A stretch of DNA of 64,000 bases. Source: Macrostomum hystrix. Its lineage: Eukaryota; Animalia; Platyhelminthes. Under the pieces are notes generated by a model that was not told the origin of the DNA, did no database searches, and saw nothing but the letters and a program-made list of their open reading frames with translations. The stretch spans positions 11,346,001-11,410,000 of the forward strand of contig CATNEN010000003.1 in assembly GCA_950097015.1 (NCBI GenBank). The letters are read 5' to 3'. This document shows, one piece after another, positions 59,476-64,000 of this stretch (the first letter of the stretch is position 1; each line of letters opens with the position of its first letter). The position numbers and the translations under genes are program-made.

Positions 59476-60967
59476 TGAACAATCAGACAGCCAGCACAAT
59501 CCCGGGACCAGCAACACAGTTAACTCGCTTAGTCGTAACGTTTACTTTTTTGCCTTTAGGCTACAAGTCCTTGCTTGCTATATTGTTTTTTTTCTTGTCC
59601 TGCGTATGGACCTAACGACATCATGATATGTGGATTATATATTTTTCCATTTTCGACATAACATGTATTGATTTTCTAGCTTCACTTAAAGAGTAAATTA
59701 ATTTTATATCAAGTAATATTAATCGCTTATGCACCCGCCGCACGAATGCCTTAGTTAATTAACCCCACTTAACATTAATGAAAGTGACTAAGTAAATGTC
59801 ACAATACCACACCTAGTGCGTTTTAGTTCAGAAATTTCAGATGTTTTTAATCATATTCTTGGCAAATTGATCTTTATCATTCTTTTTTATTACATTACAG
59901 AATACTGGTAAAAATATTTCCTTCCTAGCTCAACATTGGGATTTAGAATTGTCAGAAAAGCAGCAATTTTTGCTTTTAAATTTAGTCCTGTTGCTAATGC
60001 TGCAATGGTTTGCATTAGGAGTCCTTGGGATCGAGGATCAGATGGTGGAACATCCAAGCCATGCAATTCGGACTGCTAATTCAGCCTGACACATTATGGA
60101 TTTACCAGTGAAAAACTAAATGGGACATTTGCTAGCATGAAAATGACAGTAAATTGATGACCACCAACCTCATTTGCCATAAGTCTCAACAGGGTTTGGT
60201 GAATGGTTGAGAGTACAAATGGAGACATTGTTAGTATTATGTCAGTAGAATTATGATATAATCCTATTTTTATATTTTTTGATTGTTATCTCTATGGACT
60301 TTTAAAAAGGGGCCACCATACTTAAAGCTTGCAGTTCTGATTTTTTATAAGCATATTGACATATTGTTGTTTTTCACAAGTCACAAATCATCCACTGTTT
60401 GAAAGACAGTGAGTATACACAATTAGTTTAATAATATTAATATAATATTTGTCATATTGAAATACTTAGGTCAAAATTTTTTGCACATTACTTCAAATTT
60501 TAAATTCAGTAAAAAATAAGAAAGTAGTTCTTTACTGAGGAAAGAAACATGTACTGACTTAAGAAAAAATATGTTTAACTAGTTTTTACTTTGTTTATTT
60601 ATTTACTTAAAAATGGTACATGTGCTACAAAAATGAAGTCACTTTCAGATTAAATTTTTTTGACAGTTTTTCAGTGGATTTTAGATGATAAGTAATAAAT
60701 TTCTATTTAAATATAAGGGTCAGTTTTCTGTAGTAAAAAACAGAATGTGAGTATGGTCAATAATATTGCATAATGCAGACAATGAGACTGTAGAAAGAAG
60801 CAGAATTAATTTAATTTCACTAAAATCTTATTGGTATATATACAAGGTAAAAGTTTAAAATCAATCAGCTGAATGAAAATTCATCATTTTTAGTTAAACA
60901 ACTAACACAAAGAACATTGTCCTTTTAACCAAATAAAAACATTTGTATAAAATAAAATAGATCATAA

Positions 60968-61854
60968 TCAACAATTCTCCTTCACAATATACCAATCAAT
61001 GGTCCGAGTCCAGTCATACACTTCACCAGCTGAGAATAATTGATCCATCAACATGAGAGCTTCCACTGTGGTAGATGGACAAAACATTGGAGAGGCTGTT
61101 CCATTGCTGTAAAATTTTAGTTTGATTAAGAAATATTATTTAGTAGGGACACTTTTGAGTTTAAAGATATAAAGTAAGTTTTTTATCATATTCTTACCAA
61201 TTGATAAAACTGGTACATAGATAGCCTGTGTGTTTAGCATAGTTGTAGACCATGGCAACTGAATCTTTGCCCTGGATGGCAACAGCAGTTCCTGAGACTC
61301 GAGATTTAGACTTAGTCTAAAAATATTAGAGTGTGAGTGACATAACTTTATTGATAAAATGAAATAAATAGGCCTAAATCACAAAATAACCACCAATATA
61401 GTTTTTTTCTTGGAAATAAAAGAGAGAACTCTGAGTCTGAACAGCTATGGTAATAAATTAATATTTTTTTCCTACACATTGACATAATATAATAATAACT
61501 GTGAATGGAATGGTAAATTCTTGAAATAAATAAATTTGTACTTGGCTGATCTACTGAGTGGAATAACTAGTAAGACCATGTTACAGACACTAGGCCTAAG
61601 CAAATATAATTTAGCTAGGCGTAGCTAGTATGACTTACCAATAAAACAGGAAGACTTTTGAGAGTCTTGATTCCAACAATCTTGAAACCTTTGCACTCTA
61701 GATATTGCACTACACTTCCAATACTTTGATTGCGTGAATTCAATGGAAAAATACAACATGTTATCTCCTTGTCAGGATCAGTCTTGTTATTAGAATGAGG
61801 GAAAACATCAAAACGTTCGAGAAGGTAACTGACTGTGTGCAAAAGTGTAAACAT
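60968..61854 (-). CDS. Divergent nucleoside diphosphate kinase (NDK/NME)-fold protein, probably catalytically inactive, 157 aa
   Basis: Exons 61854-61639, 61316-61198, 61106-60968, with GTAAGT/GTAAGA donors, TAG/CAG acceptors and matching phases (474 nt). Segments KEITCCIFPLNSRNQSIGSVVQYLECKGFKIVGIKTL, SGTAVAIQGKDSVAMV and STTVEALMLMDQLFSAGEVYDWTRTIDWYI align by eye with NDK [32 protein letters not shown]..., SGPVVAMVWEG and DSVESAEKEIGLWF.PEELVDY...W. Confidence 0.65.
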
Positions 61855-62274
61855 TTTTCTTTTTTGATTAAGCTAATAACTGTTTTCTAAAAACTGTAGG
61901 CTAAAATTGATGTTGCAGAAGTAGCGCACAAAGTGAAAAGAATTAGCAAGTTTAAAGTTAAGTGGTCAACGAAATAACTTAAATAAGTATCACTCCAGAG
62001 AAAATTAGTCTCAAAGTATTAAAATTTTTGTCTTAAGCAAAGCAAAGCTAATGCATGCTGTTCTAAGAAAGACATACTTTTGAATTTGAACTAAGAAAGA
62101 AACAAACGTAACATACTTAAACTTGTAATTTATACCAGGATAGTCTATATCATTATATTTATGTATTTGCCACTAAGACGCACATTAAATCGTCAAAAAT
62201 GCAAGGGGCTATTTGAACTCTGTCTATTCTTCGAATTCTGTCTAGCAATTTAGCTTTGTTGGTTTTCTTATGTT

Positions 62275-64000
62275 TGTAACACGTTGAAGTTGCCGGTGGC
62301 CGCTTTGAATTATAAACAACGCAACTCCAACGGTTACAAGGCCGAATACGAGCAATTAACCCACCGAGCGCCCTCGGGCTGGCCGCCAATCATTATTAAG
62401 TGTATTTATTATATATCGAGCCAATCAGCATACAGTATAAGAGTTCGCGATGACAGTGCGCTATTTAAATGTATCATACTGTAAAACAAATGCGACTACA
62501 GTAAAATACCATACAAGCGACACAGCGAGAGAAAGTACAGTACAAATACAGTATAGAATAATATAATAACATCGCGAACAATAAAATATGAAATGTAAAA
62601 TACAAATAATATACATATTTAAAAGTAGCAGGAGCATCATACTACATTACCCTCCCCTACCAAAAATCAATGTCCTCATTGATATAAAATAACGATAGGA
62701 CGAGCTACAGAGGCTGGGAGATCTATGTGGAGTATTAGAGGAGATTAAAAACATTGGAATGACAACTGTGAATTATTTTTGAACGGCGAACATTACAAAG
62801 ATAAAATATTATCTGCAACTACGAGTGCATGTACATGTAACACTGGCATAAGGAAGCTGCCACCAAAGCACAACTGCACTATTACTGCGATAGGCAGGGC
62901 TGAGCGCAAAAAAAACTCTCGCAGACAAACACGCGCACTATACGTGCATCCAGTAGTATACAGTAGCACTGACACTGAACTGCAACGCATTCGCGACAAG
63001 ACACCACAAAGACTTCAACACAGCCACTGAACTGCATGACCGTCAAAAGTGAAAAATCGATGCAATGATTGTTGACATGCTCGAGATTCACTTCTGGTGT
63101 CGCAAGGGGACGAAGATGCAGCAAAACAAAATATAGACGCTTAACAATACTGTAGGAAAAATATTGGTAATCATCTACATGTACATGTACACTATATATA
63201 AAGAGAGAAATAAAACTGGTCCGCCAGGCAATGCGATCAGTAATTAAGGGGCGGGCAAAGCAGAGCTCAGGTGATCAGCGGACACAGGTGATCAAGCCGC
63301 CGCCCGGGTCATGTAAGCTTCGTGCCTGCGCCGCGCAGCAACGGCTTTCGGTCCACGGCTGCTCCCAGAAGCCGCAGCTGCCTCTTCCATCGGGGACACA
63401 GCCGCTGAGCCAAGCAGCAGGGCGCAGCTGTCCACGGGCTCGAGCTCGATGTCGCTGACGACAATGGGGCGCCGCTGATGCCAGGGCGGACTGCATGCGC
63501 CGCCGCCTCCGATGCCGATGCCATCGACGGCGCCGATGTGGACTCTGCAGTTCGGGCGGCCGGTGGCCTCGGTGGCGATGCGCTGCCTTGCACTTGCTCC
63601 GCTCGCCTGCCTGGTCATGTCGCTGCTGTGCATCGCTGCCGCAATTGTTCCGAGGGGGCGAGCTGCCCTTTTCATTGTAGTTCAGGCTGTCAAAGATGGC
63701 GCTCGGCTTGATTGTGGCGGTGGCCGGCACGGACTCGGCCGTGGTCGGCATGGACTGCTTGACGGTGACCAGCGCAGACTCATCCGTGGCCAGCGGTGTT
63801 TTCGCGTTGGCCTGCATTGGCTTAGCAGTGGCCCGCACGGGCTCAGGAGTGGGCGCTGACTCAACGTTGATCTTCGTGGACTGGACAGCGACCGGCGCAG
63901 ACTCGTCCGTGGCCAGCGGTGTCTTTGCGTTGGCCGGGGTGAGCTCAGCAGGGGCCGGCGCAGGCTCAACAGTGATCGACGCTGACTCGACGTTGGCCGG
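62275..64000 (-). mobile_element. 3' end of an LTR retrotransposon (Gypsy-like): ORF tail, 3' UTR, PPT, 3' LTR
   Basis: Minus strand GAGGACATTGATTTTTGGT-AGGGGAGGG-TAA-TGTAG is a polypurine tract followed by an LTR start at 62646. The LTR appears to end ...GTTACA at 62275 (~372 bp), with AATAAA at ~62405-62410. A GC-rich frame is open from the window end to 63275. Confidence 0.7.
63275..64000 (-). CDS. Partial ORF, P/A/T-rich repetitive tail, probably belonging to the LTR element
   Basis: Open from position 64000 (PANVESASITVEP...); internal repeat ANAKTPLATDESA x2; no recognised domain in view. Confidence 0.45.
   Translation of the reverse strand, partial: PANVESASITVEPAPAPAELTPANAKTPLATDESAPVAVQSTKINVESAPTPEPVRATAKPMQANAKTPLATDESALVTVKQSMPTTAESVPATATIKPSAIFDSLNYNEKGSSPPRNNCGSDAQQRHDQAGERSKCKAAHRHRGHRPPELQSPHRRRRWHRHRRRRRMQSALASAAPHCRQRHRARARGQLRPAAWLSGCVPDGRGSCGFWEQPWTESRCCAAQARSLHDPGGGLITCVR

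Noticed and set aside
59985-60240. Exon-like segment between PACSIN and the NDK-like gene
   Set aside because: The plus-strand frames I read close within ~35 codons and no family was recognised

Overview
Eukaryotic (animal) genomic DNA, not prokaryotic. Roughly 40% of the window is minisatellite, and most ORFs in the supplied track are artefacts of these repeats. The satellite-packed introns and poly-Q/poly-A, GC-rich exons resemble a free-living flatworm such as Macrostomum (inference only). Three spliced genes can be assembled by hand. (1) A minus-strand PRDM14-type zinc-finger gene (9 coding exons, 33864->15971, ~594 aa) that appears to lack the PR/SET domain. (2) A plus-strand PACSIN/syndapin gene (F-BAR-NPF-SH3, 44656->58059) with an apparent 8-nt frameshifting deletion in exon 5 and a candidate 15-nt microexon. 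(3) A minus-strand 3-exon gene (61854->60968, 157 aa) that reads as a very divergent nucleoside-diphosphate-kinase (NME)-fold protein without the catalytic His. Mobile elements: an intact IS630-Tc1-mariner transposon with 163-bp TIRs and an unusual DD31E triad, a hAT MITE with an 8-bp TSD that carries a satellite seed, two tRNA-derived SINE families, and the 3' end (PPT + LTR) of an LTR retrotransposon. About 25 distinct tandem arrays are present, including a 6-kb 39-bp array that keeps one reading frame open for ~2,000 codons. No database searches were possible; all family calls rest on recognised motifs.
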